Positions 38,082-52,000 of a DNA stretch of 64,000 nucleotides are shown one piece after another. A program made the translations under genes and the position numbers. Source of the stretch: Balanoglossus misakiensis (taxonomy: Eukaryota > Animalia > Hemichordata); the NCBI GenBank assembly GCA_040954595.2, contig CM082584.2, positions 12,933,166-12,997,165 of the forward strand, written 5' to 3'. Position 1 is the first letter of the stretch; each line of letters starts with the position of its first letter. Under the pieces are notes generated by a model, which was given only the letters and a program-made list of their open reading frames with translations, had not been told where the DNA came from and searched no databases.

Positions 38082-41000
38082 TCAACAAAAGCCTGTCCTC
38101 CAGATTCCGCCGGTCAGATCGGGATCAGCTCCAAAATTCGGAGGTGGGTGAAGTTCGGGAACTCCGCGGTTGCGATGATAGTTCAGACGGGCCATCAGCT
38201 CAGCTACTTTCTCTGGTTCCTCAGCCGATAGATCGTGATGTTCATTCGGATCATCTGTATACGTTGAAAGGGGTGGAATAAGATTGTGTTAATTCGTAGA
38301 CTATAAACTATTACACACTTAAAGACGTTTAACACAATTGTACGCATACTAGCAAATTGTCCATTGCGGCATAAAAGACATTCTGCAACTTTACCTCTAA
38401 GGTTGAATAGATACAGAACATCTGGCATTGGCGGGGGGTCTTGACCGACACCTGGAACAAAAATTGGCGGCACAACCGTCTCGTTCTCTCCAGTGGGTGG
38501 CAGAAACCAACCATCTAAAACGTGAAATATGACGTAACGTTGTCATAGTTACCAATATTTATAATAGCGGTCATATTATTATACCTTTAATTTTAAGAAA
38601 AGAGATAAGTGTGTACTGTTTGATGATTCAGAGTTCTGTACGAGGACCCTAGATACCAATTGTTAACATTACCTTGGCCATATACATAGGGATAAACAGC
38701 GTGATGATTTCCATCTATAAGTTTCCAATCACCAACTCTGGAATTCAAACAAAGTACATGTATGTACATGTAATTGACAGAAATGTATGGATTTTGTCTC
38801 TCTCATTAAATGGTGCACACAGCGTGTATGTTCCATAAAAAGGTTTCCTAATTATGTAAATTTATAGATACCTTATTGCCGCGCCTCTAGTGGGCATTTC
38901 GGTCATAATATTGTAGACTATTTCGTCTCTGGGAGATTTCCTTCCCTTTGATATAGTATCCCATAAATTCTTTCCGTCCATATTCTGGTCTGTAATTGGT
39001 AAAAATCACAGACAAAAACGACGCCATTTGTACAGCATCGAATGAAACCTGTCATTGGCTACATCTCAACTTGTCATGGTAACTGTATCCAAATTTGCAT
39101 ATGTGTATATGGTCATTTTCGCTTCCAACTGGGCTGATTTTAGCATACTAAGAAACAAATGAACTTATCTTACAGAGTGGAGCAAAATAATTGACGACCA
39201 ACTATACCTGGAGTACCACCGGCCAAAGAAACAAACGTTGGATACCAATCTGTTATGTGGATAAGACTGTAACAGACACAGACGCCCCATTTGATCATAA
39301 GGTATGTAATTTTATGTTTCTTTAATATATTGAGTAAACAGAAAACAGTCGAGTGTTCAAAATGAAATGTTAACAATTCTCACTGACCCATCATAGACGT
39401 AGCCTGTCTTCTCAAGCGCGCCTCCAGCGGCAAACGTAATAACCCTTGTACCTCCTTCAAACAGTGTTGTCTTGGCACCTCGCAAAGGGTAGTTATAACC
39501 ACCATAAGTAGGACCACCGCCATTCTGAAAATAACTTGAGATGGTGATTCTGTATTCTGTAAGCCTTCTATGCGAGAACAGCACAAACAGAAATATCAAA
39601 ACTTTACTACAAGGCATTTACTCACGTCGCTCATGAACACAAAGAGAGTGTTTTCCCACATTCCGTTTTCTTTAAGTTTATTTGTTACATTGCCAATGAT
39701 CTCATCCATCATGGACACCATACCTAGATAGGAAGGAACAATACTCCAGAAATATATATGTGCTCCTCCGTCATTTGCGCGCACACTCACACATACACAC
39801 GGATGCTATATCACAGGCAGACGGACACATCAGTATAGGTCTGTTTCTACTCTCTGCAAGAAACCATGCATGTGTACAAAACAGCACAAAATTTGAATAT
39901 GCCCTTTATTTGGACACGCTCCTACCGCTGTATATTCTTCTATCCCTGTTTCTGTTGTCAGCATAAAGGTTTTCGTACTCGTCTGGTACCTGCAAAAAAC
40001 GTAAACTCATTTGAAGCCAATGTTTATTAATTTGACTGATGTTCGAATGTGATTATAGTTGCATATTTATTCAGAAGTACAACCAAGGATTGCGTTGATC
40101 AAGACTTACTTCTAATAAGAAATGAGGCAGAGGGGAAGCATAGTATAGAAACATCGGCGTGTCTTTGTTGTGTTTGTCAATCAATTCTTCGGCTCTCTTG
40201 CTCAACAAGTACTGCAAACATAAACAACGAGCAACATATAAATCTATCGTTCTATCAAAATCAAGATTGTGCAAGAAACAAGTATGGAATGTTACTTTCT
40301 TGAATTCTCAGTGCACAGATGATGGGCTATGCATGAGAAACTATATTTCTACAGCAAATGTGACTTGCGCACAGAGCCACAAAATACACGTATACAAGTA
40401 TATTTGAGGGAGTACATAGGACATTGAAATGTAAAACTCACGCTGATGTGTGTAGTATTGTCGAGTACCATGCCGATATTATCCCAGAAATCATAGCCAC
40501 TATAAGGTTTAGAGCCTGCAAGTAAGAGTAGGTGTTAGGTTAAAAGGGTATGTATACATGTACTTTGGCCTATGTCAGGACATGTACATGTGCTTCAGTG
40601 CCGTCTCTACTGAAATTTTTTTCTTACTTTCTCCTCATTTTTTATTTGTGTAATTTTGACACTTCTTGTTTCTCTAGAAGATCACCTTTAACCATAACTG
40701 GGCGTGTATATGTAATTGTATTCCAAAACTATCTTACCCTCTCCAAAAAGTCCGATGGCGTCTTGGTTTGTATGGTCATAGTATCTAATGTAGTTGTTCA
40801 GAAAACCGTAGTACGAGTCAAAACCACGATAAAATGGTAAATAGGCTTCCTTGCACATTCCTAAATGCCACCTAAAAATTTCATAAACAGGAGACGCTTG
40901 AATAAATGCATGTACATTTGTCTGTCACCGCCCTGTAGCGGCCAATCGGTAGGTCACCATCAACTTTGGTGCTGGAAGGCACCCCATGACGGTGAACAAT

Positions 41001-43096
41001 TGAACATAGCTTCCCGGGGATGTAAATGTCACATTTAACTAACATACTTACTTTCCTATCATGTGAGTATTGTAGCCCAGTGGTTTGAGTGCCTGTGGCA
41101 GAAGAGTCAAGTCGGTAGAGAGACCGTAGGGAGATAACGGTTGAATGACGTGGTGCTAAGGAATAAGCAAATTAAATGTCTTTACGGCTTTCATATTTTC
41201 GGTGCTCTTGTGAAATGAAAATGACAGAAATTGTGTGTGAATAACATGAATACCTCATCATTATGTAAACATTGCCTGGCAGAAAAGTACACTCGGGTTC
41301 GTATAAGTTTTAGTGTGCATCTCCGGCCCTTTGCGCTATCACTATCTTTACCTGCAATCCTGTTCTGAATGGATAATACCCACTCATCAGAGATGAACGA
41401 CTCCTAAAAAGCGAAAGAAATCAAATCAACTCCCATTTGCCAGGTGCGAAATACTTAATTAGCAGTCTGTTACACTGAAATTTACAAAACAAAACCGATT
41501 TCAAGAAATGTTGCCGCGCGTTCATGAAAAGAGGCCAACAGTGGCCAATTTCTAAAAAGTCACGCGCCAACTTCACACATCGAAGCAGCAAAAATGCCTC
41601 CATTTAATTGAAAAGATCATGTGTTTCATTGAAAGAAACCGATATCTGTAGAAATGAACCACTGTTTAGGTCAGTACGTTTCGTCTTACGGAGAACACTG
41701 CGGTTGAGCGTATGCTTGACTGAAGATGACGCCCTCTGAGGCGAGTCTGTCCATGTTCGGTGTACACATTTCTGGATTATGGTAACCGACGTCGTACCAA
41801 CCTGAAATGAAGAAAGCAAGGAAGTGCATGTTCTTAATGATGAGCATATTTGTTGTTGTTGTTGTTGTTGTTGTTGTTTGTAATCAGATTTACAAAACGA
41901 CCGATCAGTCAAGCAATGGCAAAATGACTGGAACTGACCTCGAAATCCAATCGAGGAATAATGCAATATTTTAACTTTATCTTTATTTATATTTTGGTTA
42001 AATTTTATTACGTACTCACCTAAATCATCCGCCAGGAAAAATATAATATGAGGTGGTTTCCGTGCTGGAGTTCCACATCCACTTTGACCTTAAAGAGTAT
42101 CAAAAAATTTGAATTCAAGAAATTTGTCATCATGGTCCGAACAAGCAGATCAAGCCTTCTAGCGTGCGGTCAGAATAGAAATTAAAAGAAATTGTTTGTT
42201 GCCATTAGCGTTTAAAGCAATGAACAATAACATCTTACGTATCAGAACCGCTACCATGACAACTACGGCGGAAAAGAGACAGAAGAATAGGGTAGCGAAA
42301 AAGCAGGTTTGCCGGGATGTGTAGACAGACACTTTCCCTTCAGCACCCTCGGTACTTTTCTGCCTGGTGGATTGGCTTTGGTCTTTTTTCTCTCCGTCTC
42401 CTCCACTGCAGGATTTTGACAACGAGGGTTTAAGATGTACATTCTCTTTTGGTTCTGTGCCTCCCTCATCGTATGCGGGCGACTGAAAGAAATTGAATTT
42501 TACTGATCAGTGGTTATGCCACTGTGAACTTTGTTCGACCTCAGTCAGTCACACCCGCGTTAAGGAGTCGGTACTAGAGGTACATGTCCTTGAGAACTGG
42601 TTATAACTGAGGGTGACTGTAGTCGTATATCACTGAGTTGTAAGTGATAAATAAACGATGAATGACAATGGGGCTTACAGACATAGTTATGGTATTTTGT
42701 CTGCGCTTATCGCTGTTTTTGTTGTGGCAGTCGCAGCGCCGAATTGGACCACTTTTCACGTGTTAGGCTAACCTCATGACCTTGACATACTGCGTCGAGT
42801 GTACGTACGCCTGAAGTCGCCGGGGGAAATGTGGTCTTGCATTGCATTGGAAGCAATCAGAAAGGTGTCAGGTGAATAATAACAGGGTTCTAATGAAAAT
42901 ATCACAAAACGTGCGCGAATATATTAGCGCAGCTGACCACCATCTTAGTCTGTACTAGAGCTGTCAGAGAGACCAAGAGAAAAATGTGCACAGAAACATG
43001 CGTGAAAGTAACGTTATACCGAACCTGTGAACAAAAAAGCTAACTTAGGAAACCAAAAAATTTGCTTCATACCTGCGGAATACCTTGAGTCGCCAT
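38082..43096 (-). CDS. Arylsulfatase B-like sulfatase, copy 3 (predicted type II membrane anchor)
   Basis: MATQGIPQ|SPAYDE...[23 protein letters not shown]...[41 protein letters not shown], ending GIWRTGFC*. Confidence 0.92.
41850..41878. repeat. (TGT)n microsatellite
   Basis: Intronic trinucleotide run. Confidence 0.85.
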
Positions 43097-44226
43097 GAGT
43101 CCCTGCGGAAATCGACCAAGCGCTGGTCTTATTCGCGTTCACATAAGGTTTGACACGAGGTCACTTTATCAGACCATGGCAGACGACATAAACGACAAAA
43201 AATAAAGTTGACGGGTTCAAACAAGTATAATAAATTGTTCACGTCTTTGAGCAGTGATTAGTGATAAGCATACAGACGCTTTCCGTTGATGCTTTTTGCT
43301 GATTAGGCCAACTTTGTTATCCAACACATGATTTATAACCAGGTAAAATTGAAGCGACAGCAGCCATACCTTTTGGTTATACGTTTAGCATTCATATTGA
43401 AAATTGAATTCAAGTCCTGGCCTAAATTCAATTTTCAGCAATTATAACAATAAAAATTAAAGAATAAAATCAAATGAATTCACAACAATAGTTATAAACA
43501 AGGAAATGTTTATTTTAATAGATAAATCATCAGCTTTAATTCATAACGATTAAATTTAAGGAAAAATATAATCCCCTTCATTGGTAGAATTAACTGGACT
43601 TAAATTACCCGTAGACAGAAAGTTTCGCTAAAGACGGAGCAGCACTTTCTGTTTTAAAATACTGTTACAAAAATATCTTGAAAATGCACAATATTTAATA
43701 TAAAACCCCGAAAACCGCCATGAACAGACATTTACAGATTGTCTGCAGCCATTCAGTCTGGCTTTGTCATAACCAATCAAAATAGGTCTTACATTAAAGA
43801 ACTTTTAAATTGAAATTATGACAATAGGAGGTGATTATTGGATTCATCTATTTCATACGGTGGTTTTCATTGGTAGATGCTATCCGCAGCCATTCAATGT
43901 GGCGTTGTCGTGACCAATCAACTTGCGCCCCACATCAAATAACTTTTGACTAATCACTGGTTTTATCGGTAGAAAACTATCACAGACAACATCAGATACG
44001 AAATTAGATGTACATGTACATAATTCTTTGGTTGCAAAAGGTTTTGTTAATAATTTGGAACTTTGATTCGTGCTCATAACGTACACAAAATTCATCGACA
44101 GAGAATGAATAAATATAAACCTAGCTAATAATAGTAAGCAATTGAATAATAAATGAACTTCATAGATGCCATGTTCTTATTTTCTTTTCCGTGTGCACCC
44201 GCGGGTTGGACGAGACTCGCCAGAAA

Positions 44227-47200
44227 TTAGCAAAAACCTGTCCTCCAGATGCCGTCCGTTAGAGCGGGATCCGCTGCAAAGTTAGGAGGTGGATGAAGTG
44301 CGGGAACTGCGCGGCTACGTTGATAGTTTAGGCGTGCCTGTAGCTCAGCTACTTTCTCCGTCTCGTTTGCCGATAGATCGTGATGCTCATTCGGATCATC
44401 TGTTCAAAATTCATACATAATATTAGGTTCATTTAGTTTCAACAAGAAAGCTTAAAACAGCCAAACAGACTTTCACAGACTTTCAATCAGACTTTGATAG
44501 ACTTTCAAATGATGTGTCAAATCAAGTATATTCTGGTTGCACAAAATGTGCCATTTCCAAATGAACTAAATGAAATTCTGGCGAGAATAGTTCATGCTGA
44601 CAAAAGAAATGATCAACGTTGTTTACCTTTCAAGTTGAATAGATACAAAACGTCTGGCCTCGGTGGAGGGACCAGACCGGGCAGTGGAATGAAAATCGGG
44701 GAAACAACAGTCTGGTTAGGTTCAGTCGGTGGGAGATACCAGCCCTCTGGGGGGAAAATAAGAAGAACATTTGACATTAGATAATTTTGAAGTCGCCTTT
44801 TGATGCGTTTCTAGGTTTTGGTACCAGTTTGAAACATTCTACTGAACGTTTTCGTAACAGCAAACACAAGCGTTCCACCAAAAAAACCCTAACCCAATCT
44901 ATTAGTTACATCGGCTTAGATACGTCAGAACTACGCACGAGTCTTTAAATATTGCCTTTTATAGGACTTGTCTGTAGTCTTTGTGAAAAGGAAAAGTTCT
45001 GACAATCCTACCTTCATCGTATACTATTGGATAAAACATCTGGTGATTTCCTTCTATAAGTTTCCAATCACCGACCCTGAAATCAAAACGCACGTTATCA
45101 ATATACAAAACACCCTTGCATGAGATGAATAGTTTAAACATGGTAGGAATACGTCATCTTGAAAATATGTCCACAACGTGATTTTTATCACTCAACTAGG
45201 TAGTCAAACCGATTTAAGGTATTGTACATGATGTTTTACCTTATTGCCGCACCTCTTTCAGGCATAATTTCATCGATGTTGTAGATTATTTCATCCCTGG
45301 GAGACACTGCTCCGTCTAATACAACTTCCTTCATATTTATTCCGTCCAAATCTGGTTCTGTGGGTTGGGATGAGAAGAGTAAGTTGAAGACATGTTTACG
45401 AACAACAGTTAACCTTCTGGGTTATCTGTTAAACTGTGAGAAGATTTTTACTTGTACGTCAATCTGATTCAAATCGACTTTAGAGAAAGGCTTTGAGCAC
45501 AGATTGGTTGTTATCATTCTGTTTCGTCAGCCATTACTCACGTGAGAATAATTATTTGCATATCAAAAATAGTAATTACGACATGTTTGATCAAGAAAAG
45601 TAAACAACGGACTGTCCGTTTACCTGGAGTACCGCCGGCCATGGAGACAAAGGTGGGAAACCAGTCTGTCATATGCATAAGACTGAAACAGAAATCAAAG
45701 TCGACATAATTAGTTCCTTGCTCGATTTCTTGTTGACATGGAAACACTACCAAAATCTGCATCACAATCACCGAAAAGCGCCCTCACTTACCCGTCGTTA
45801 GTGTAGCCCGTTTTTTCGAGCACGCCACCAGCGGCGAATGTAACAACCCTTGCTCCTCCGTCGAACAAAGTGGCTTTAGCGCCTCGCAGGGGGTAATTAA
45901 AACCTCCCCAGCCGGGAGTACCACCATTCTGAAATACAGAAATTTGACATGGAGCTTATAGTATAAACTATATCTCTATTCCTTGTTTTAATGCTAATGC
46001 ATCGAAAATACATTGTTGTAAATATTGTTCTATACTTACGTCACTCATGAAGACAAAAAGTGTGTTCTCCCACATTTCTTTCTCTTTTAGTTTGTTTGTC
46101 AAATTTCCAATAATCTCATCCATCATGGATACCATACCTATGTAGATGGAAAGAAATCAGGTTGCATATCATATTGAATCTATCCCAACAGACAGACAGA
46201 CAGACAGACACTGCTTTCGTTTCCTTGCCCAGTGTAACATATATATGGACGCTGAGACTTTATGCACATCAAGACAACTCACCATTATAAATTCTTCTAT
46301 CGCTGTTCCTATGGTCAGGATATAGGTTTTCGTATTCTTCTGGTACCTTGGAGAGAGATATCAACAAATTGTAACCAATTGTAGTTTTAGATATAATTGT
46401 TGGACGTGCTTTAGGATTGGCGGCGACAAACTCTTGCGTCAAAACATATTTTGCAAAAGAATGAGACTTACTTCCAGGAAGAAATGGGGCAGTGGTGAAG
46501 AGTAATAGAGAAACATCGGCGTGTCTTTGTTGTGTTTGTCAATCAATTCTTCGGCTCTCTTGCTCAGCAAGTACTGAATCATAAATAAGGAGAAACATAC
46601 TTTAGTCTATCAAAATCAAGATTGTGCTAAAAAGATCACATTCCAGATGAAAATAAAATCACAATAGGTAACACTCACGCTGATGTAGGTAGATTTATCC
46701 AGTACCGAACCAGTGTTATCCCAGAAATCATAGCCACTAAACACTCCAAAAGCTAAAGAAAAATATTCAAAAAATATTCAATATTAGCTACAGTCTTGTA
46801 GGGCACTGTACAGGTGCATCCCTTCAGATACTTTCCTGTACCTGTAATCTCTGTCTATCTCTACATTTGTTGATGAGACAACAATCTGTTTTCTGTGAAC
46901 ACTTTATTTCCCGGATTATAAGTTTTAAATGTTGAATGCGACGTTTATCGTACTATTAAGTTGCAAATGCATTTGTTGAGAGTGGTGCGTCAATATAAAT
47001 GACACAGACATGCTTACCGGTTCCAAGTAATTCCTGGAGAACACCGCGTATGTCCTGGTTCGTGTGTTCGTACCACTCAATGTAATTGTTCAGAAAACCA
47101 TAGAAAGAGTCAAAACCACGGTTTAAAGGAAGAAACTCTTCTTTGCACATTCCCAAGTGCCATCTGAAATTTGAATAGAACAATTGCGTGGACACTTTTA

Positions 47201-50200
47201 ATTCGTAATTCACTTTCTAGTACATTGCATTCTCCAGACCAAGGGTTTATTATTTGCGAGTTATTTGAGTCCATTAATAGCGACCTCTAGAGTTCCACTT
47301 ACTTTCCTATCATGTGAGTCGTGTATCCAAGTGGTTTGAGCGCCTGCGGCAGAAGAGTGAAGTTTGTTGGGAGACCATAGGGAGCAAGCTGTTGCAGTAC
47401 TCTGTGCTGTGGAACAAAATGAATGAAACATTAATGTGGAAAGCATGAAATTTATTTTTTCGGTTTACCTTTGTCAGACTTCGGCAGTTTTGGGGTGTCG
47501 CTCGCTGCGTTCTGCTTGTAGCCTGTATAGTAACGCATCATTGGAAAGGTAAATAACTACTACATGTAGTCCTGGTGACTTTCTTACCTGCATTCCCGTT
47601 CTGAATGAGTAAACGCCACTAAGCAGCGCCGAACGACTCCTGCAAAACAATCGACGGTAAAAATGACAAAAATGAATACTCTGATATATGTGTTTGAGGC
47701 GTGCTGTTTTTCCATAATTTTGTTATATAAATGTCACTGACGAGAAGGGATATTTATCAAATATCACATTTGTTTAGTTCGTCATCACTACTATTACGGG
47801 AATCGGTGCAAGCGACAAGTCACAAATTTTCGTCTTACGGCGAACAGGTCGGATGAGTGTATGTTTGATTGAAGGTGACGCCCTCGGCGGCCAGTCGGTC
47901 CATATTCGGTGTCAGCATTTCCGGATTATTGTAGCCGACGTCATACCAACCTGAAACAAAGCAGAAACACGATCAGACCAGGCTTAAACGAGCAAGGTCC
48001 ATCACAACGGCATCATTCCAATGGAAATTACTGACTAGATAAACGTACCCTTTTCATCGCCTACTTACCTAAATCGTCCGCAAGAAAGAACACAATATGC
48101 GGTGGTTGTGTCTTTTCTTCAGTTTTACACTGATTTGGACCTTAAGTGAAAAGAAAATATTTTTGTTATTGTTATGTTGCATTTTGTTGTCTTATCTGTT
48201 AAGTGTATTGACAAAGAAGAGCTCGGTGGTCATATATGTAGATGGGAAACCGAGAGAAGTAGCAAAATAATTGATAATTGATAGATCTCTTATGATCTCA
48301 CTCACAAAATCCGTCAATTTCGTTTTATTTATAAGACCTGTAATAAAACTGACTGTTTGGTAAATATTCCTCACTTACAGTTCCCATGATCAACGGTCGC
48401 CTTCTTTCCGAATGAGTCGCAGCCCACTGAAATGTAAAACATAAAAAAAGAATATAAATTTCAGCTGGTATTCTGACATGTACATGTAAGACACGCACGC
48501 ACGCACGCACACACACGCGCTCGCGGAATGTGATTCGCGAAGGTAAACCTCCATCTCTGAATCATATCTTATTGACATGAGAGATTTAGCAACTGCATGG
48601 TGGCTGTTTCGAAGGACGTTCTAAACATTCTTCTGTGTTGTGATATGATATCACATATTTCTTTGATAAAAAATAACTTGATGTTTGTTTGTTTGTATTC
48701 ACAATGAAATCGATAGGAAACCAACCATCATCAATGCTAAACTCAAGACGAGGCCAACACTCGACCAGTGCGTGATGGTACCAGGATGTGACCACTAATA
48801 AACAAGGTTTCAAACGCCCCTTTGAAATGGTGAGTTAAATACTTTAATACTTTATCATATAAAGCAACAAACATTTCTCTTTGAAATGTTTTTATACTAT
48901 CATACACCGAGTGTACTGTACGAATTGCCCCCCCCCCCACCCCCACCCAATAAAAAAATATATTGAGAGGATATGAATTGAATTTCAATATGAGGTTTTT
49001 ATCCTTGTATTAATGCCCGGATGCTGTTATAACACGTAACCATGAAAACATGGTTGCTGACATTCAGACTAGATTGAAGAACGATGGTGAGGTCACAAAT
49101 AAACAACTAAACACAAACAAACTTATCGATTGAGATGACCTTGTCCTCAGATTGTAAGTAAAACCAATGACATGACAAGAATAATAATGCGACTGGGAGA
49201 AAAAATGGATAATTAGTCAATTTGATGATTTCTCGTGAACACAACATGACTTACCCATGAGAACCACTGCTAATGCAACTATGATAGCGTAGACACCGAA
49301 GATTAAAGTAACTATGAGACAGTTCTTCTGAGATGTATAGATGAATTTCTTTCTTTTATCGACCGGGGAATATTCCTGCTTGTCAGACTGGCTGCGACTG
49401 TTTGCCATGTTGTCGGCGCCGTTTTTAGTTTTTGCCGTTGGTTCGGATTGGCCGTTTGGTGTACTTTCCGCAGCTGGTTCCTCGCCTTCGTACGCGGGAT
49501 TCACAAATGCAGGTGCCTGAAGTAAAATAATAACAAATGATATTAACTTTATGGAATGTGTATGTTATCTGAAAGTTACCGGCAAATAGCTGTTCGATGT
49601 TCTAATCGCATTGTCGGTTCAACACAAGGTTGACAAGGATGTAGATTAGAGGTTTCGTCACGTCATTCGGGGTCGAATTTGAATCGAATCACGATGTTTT
49701 TTATCGAAAAAAAATACGAGTCTTTCTGCAAGTGGTTACTGTCTAGGTTTAAGAAATTTTAAAGTCAAACATTTTTTTTTCGATATGGCCAATCTGTTCA
49801 ATTTGCCTTGGTCGACCATCGCAGCTAGTACAGGCTAATGTCAAAAAAATGTATTGTACTATAAATGCAAAATTCCTCTTTACATTAATTCACCTCGAAC
49901 TCTAGCAATGGAGAATGATACGTTTTCTTGAAATTCGAGCCCTTACCAAAGAAAAAGAAGCGAAACGATGTATTTTAAAATGAGATATTGGCCATCGTCA
50001 ATTTTACCTTTTACACCGCGCTCCTACTTACTGTTTCCTTGTCTGTGAAGTGATGAGACCTTTTGGGCAAACTATGATGATGACTTCAGACACAATGCAG
50101 AGAAACCGTCACCCAAGCGATTTTGTGCGGGTCGTACTGTCGTCAAACAAGTCCGAGGCAAGTGATGTACGAGCAACGGCGCCAATACCGATACAGATCA

Positions 50201-50863
50201 AATGTTGGCTACTGCTGGGGTTTATATGCAATCCCTGTGTCCCTCCCCCACTCTTCTGACCGTGACCCATAGCCTACTTTAAACGAATGAAGACATTGAC
50301 CATCCCTCACCAAGGGCGGATTTTCTTGTGATCAGATGAATTTCCGCTTATTGCAGGGACCGTGGACTCGCCAACCTTGTTACATCTAGTTACGTAACAG
50401 AACGGTTATACTGCATTCTAAAAGTTAACGCGTCTGTCAAATTTAATTTAGTCAATTTCCAAAAGGGGGAATGTTATACTTGAATGAGAGTAGTGTAACA
50501 AGGAAAACAGTATGTTAGATTGTCCACTGTCCTTTCACTCGAGAAGACATTCATTCAATTCCGAGTCACAGTTGCAGGGTAAAGGTCGTGCGTGACAGAG
50601 TCAGATACAGTCCCCTCTCCCATCACCAGTGATGAAGGGGGACTGTTGATCAAGATTTATAGGGGTGGGTGAGCCCTGCACCTGCGTATAGAATCAGTTG
50701 TAGTATCGGCGCCAGTTTGCGCCAATTGCAACGCCGCATGTTAACATGCTCAAGAATGTCTGTAGTGAGTTTCAGCCCAACTCAATAACCGATCATCTAC
50801 ATTACCATTAACTTATCAAAAGTGATTAGTAATACACACCTCGGCGTCACCTGTACTCGCCAT
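44227..50863 (-). CDS. Arylsulfatase B-like sulfatase, copy 4 (predicted type II membrane anchor)
   Basis: MASTGDAE|APAFVNPAY...CLIVTLIFGVYAIIVALAVVLM...[41 protein letters not shown], ending GIWRTGFC*. The first exon is assigned by analogy with the 8-codon first exons of copies 1-3. Confidence 0.9.
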
Positions 50864-52000
50864 TCTTCTATTGGCAGCGTCGTGTGGACAATCTTAATAG
50901 TCTGTATTAAGTCACTTGACTGAAAACTACCACAAGCTGTCCGTTCCGTGTACCCTAGGCCTTTCCCCCACCTCCGCAGTCACTCTACAATAATATGGGT
51001 GTCGCATACCGCTTGTCTATATGCAAAAGAGGAACGATTTCAATACGAAAAGGTGGAGTGCATTCTTTCTGTATCGAAGGTATTGTTAAAGGTTATCGAT
51101 GTCGAGTCGACAAAAGAGTATAGGTCACAGTGTGCAACAGTGCGTGCCAGGTCCTAGATGAGCTACAAAGAGAAAGTATTTTCTCTTTGTCTGTGGTTGA
51201 ACTGATGTGAATTAAAATATGTTAACGACACTATTTCATTTATATGCGCGTGTATATGATACCACGTATATGTCGTGTTTATGCCGCATTGCAAGTTTAT
51301 GATGGAGATTTCGACAAAGACTGTAATTCACTGAGAATCTATAATCACCTTTCAAAGGATCTTTGGAAGGTTAATTACGAGCAGACAATGTCGACTTACC
51401 CTATTTCAAAGTACATGTTGCGTATGCAAAATGTCTAAGACACCAAATTGTTTGCTTACTCACATGCGAGGATCACTTTATTAGAAACACCGGGAAATAG
51501 AGTTGCCAAACAAATATTTTTTTCGAGATCCTGCTGACACCTTGCTAAGGAATGCGTTGATATGACTTTCTTTTTGCATACAGGCACCTTTTATTTACAA
51601 ACAATGTCCACTTTGAACAAATGTGTCTGCCAGACCAACAAATAATAGAAAATCAGATGTAGACATTTTCTTTTCACAAGATGTACAAAGCCATGTTATT
51701 TTAGCACGCATATGAATTCATTTCGTGATCATACGATTTAATATGGCCATTGTAATCGTACAAGTCCATTCATGTTACTCGTACGCAGAAAATCAAGGGA
51801 CCTGTATTTCCTTTCAAAGCTATAAAAAGTGAATTGGTTTTCATATGCTTAATGTACATACCCAATTGGCGCACACAAAAAATGACCTCCACATGAAGCC
51901 AGATATGAATGGAATATTTTCATGTTTTATTAAGACAGCGCAACAAAACTTTTAAATAGCTCATAAATATCTCTTCAGTGTAATTCAACGAAAATGTCAT

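Noticed and set aside
43742-43921. Two imperfect 39-bp direct repeats about 140 bp apart (GCAGCCATTCA...ACCAATCAA)
   Set aside because: Only two degenerate units; not a CRISPR-like array and no function can be inferred.
25483-50863. Sulfatase copies 1-4 as uncollapsed haplotypes or assembly duplicates
   Set aside because: Introns and N-termini are largely unalignable and the proteins differ substantially, so these are real paralogs.
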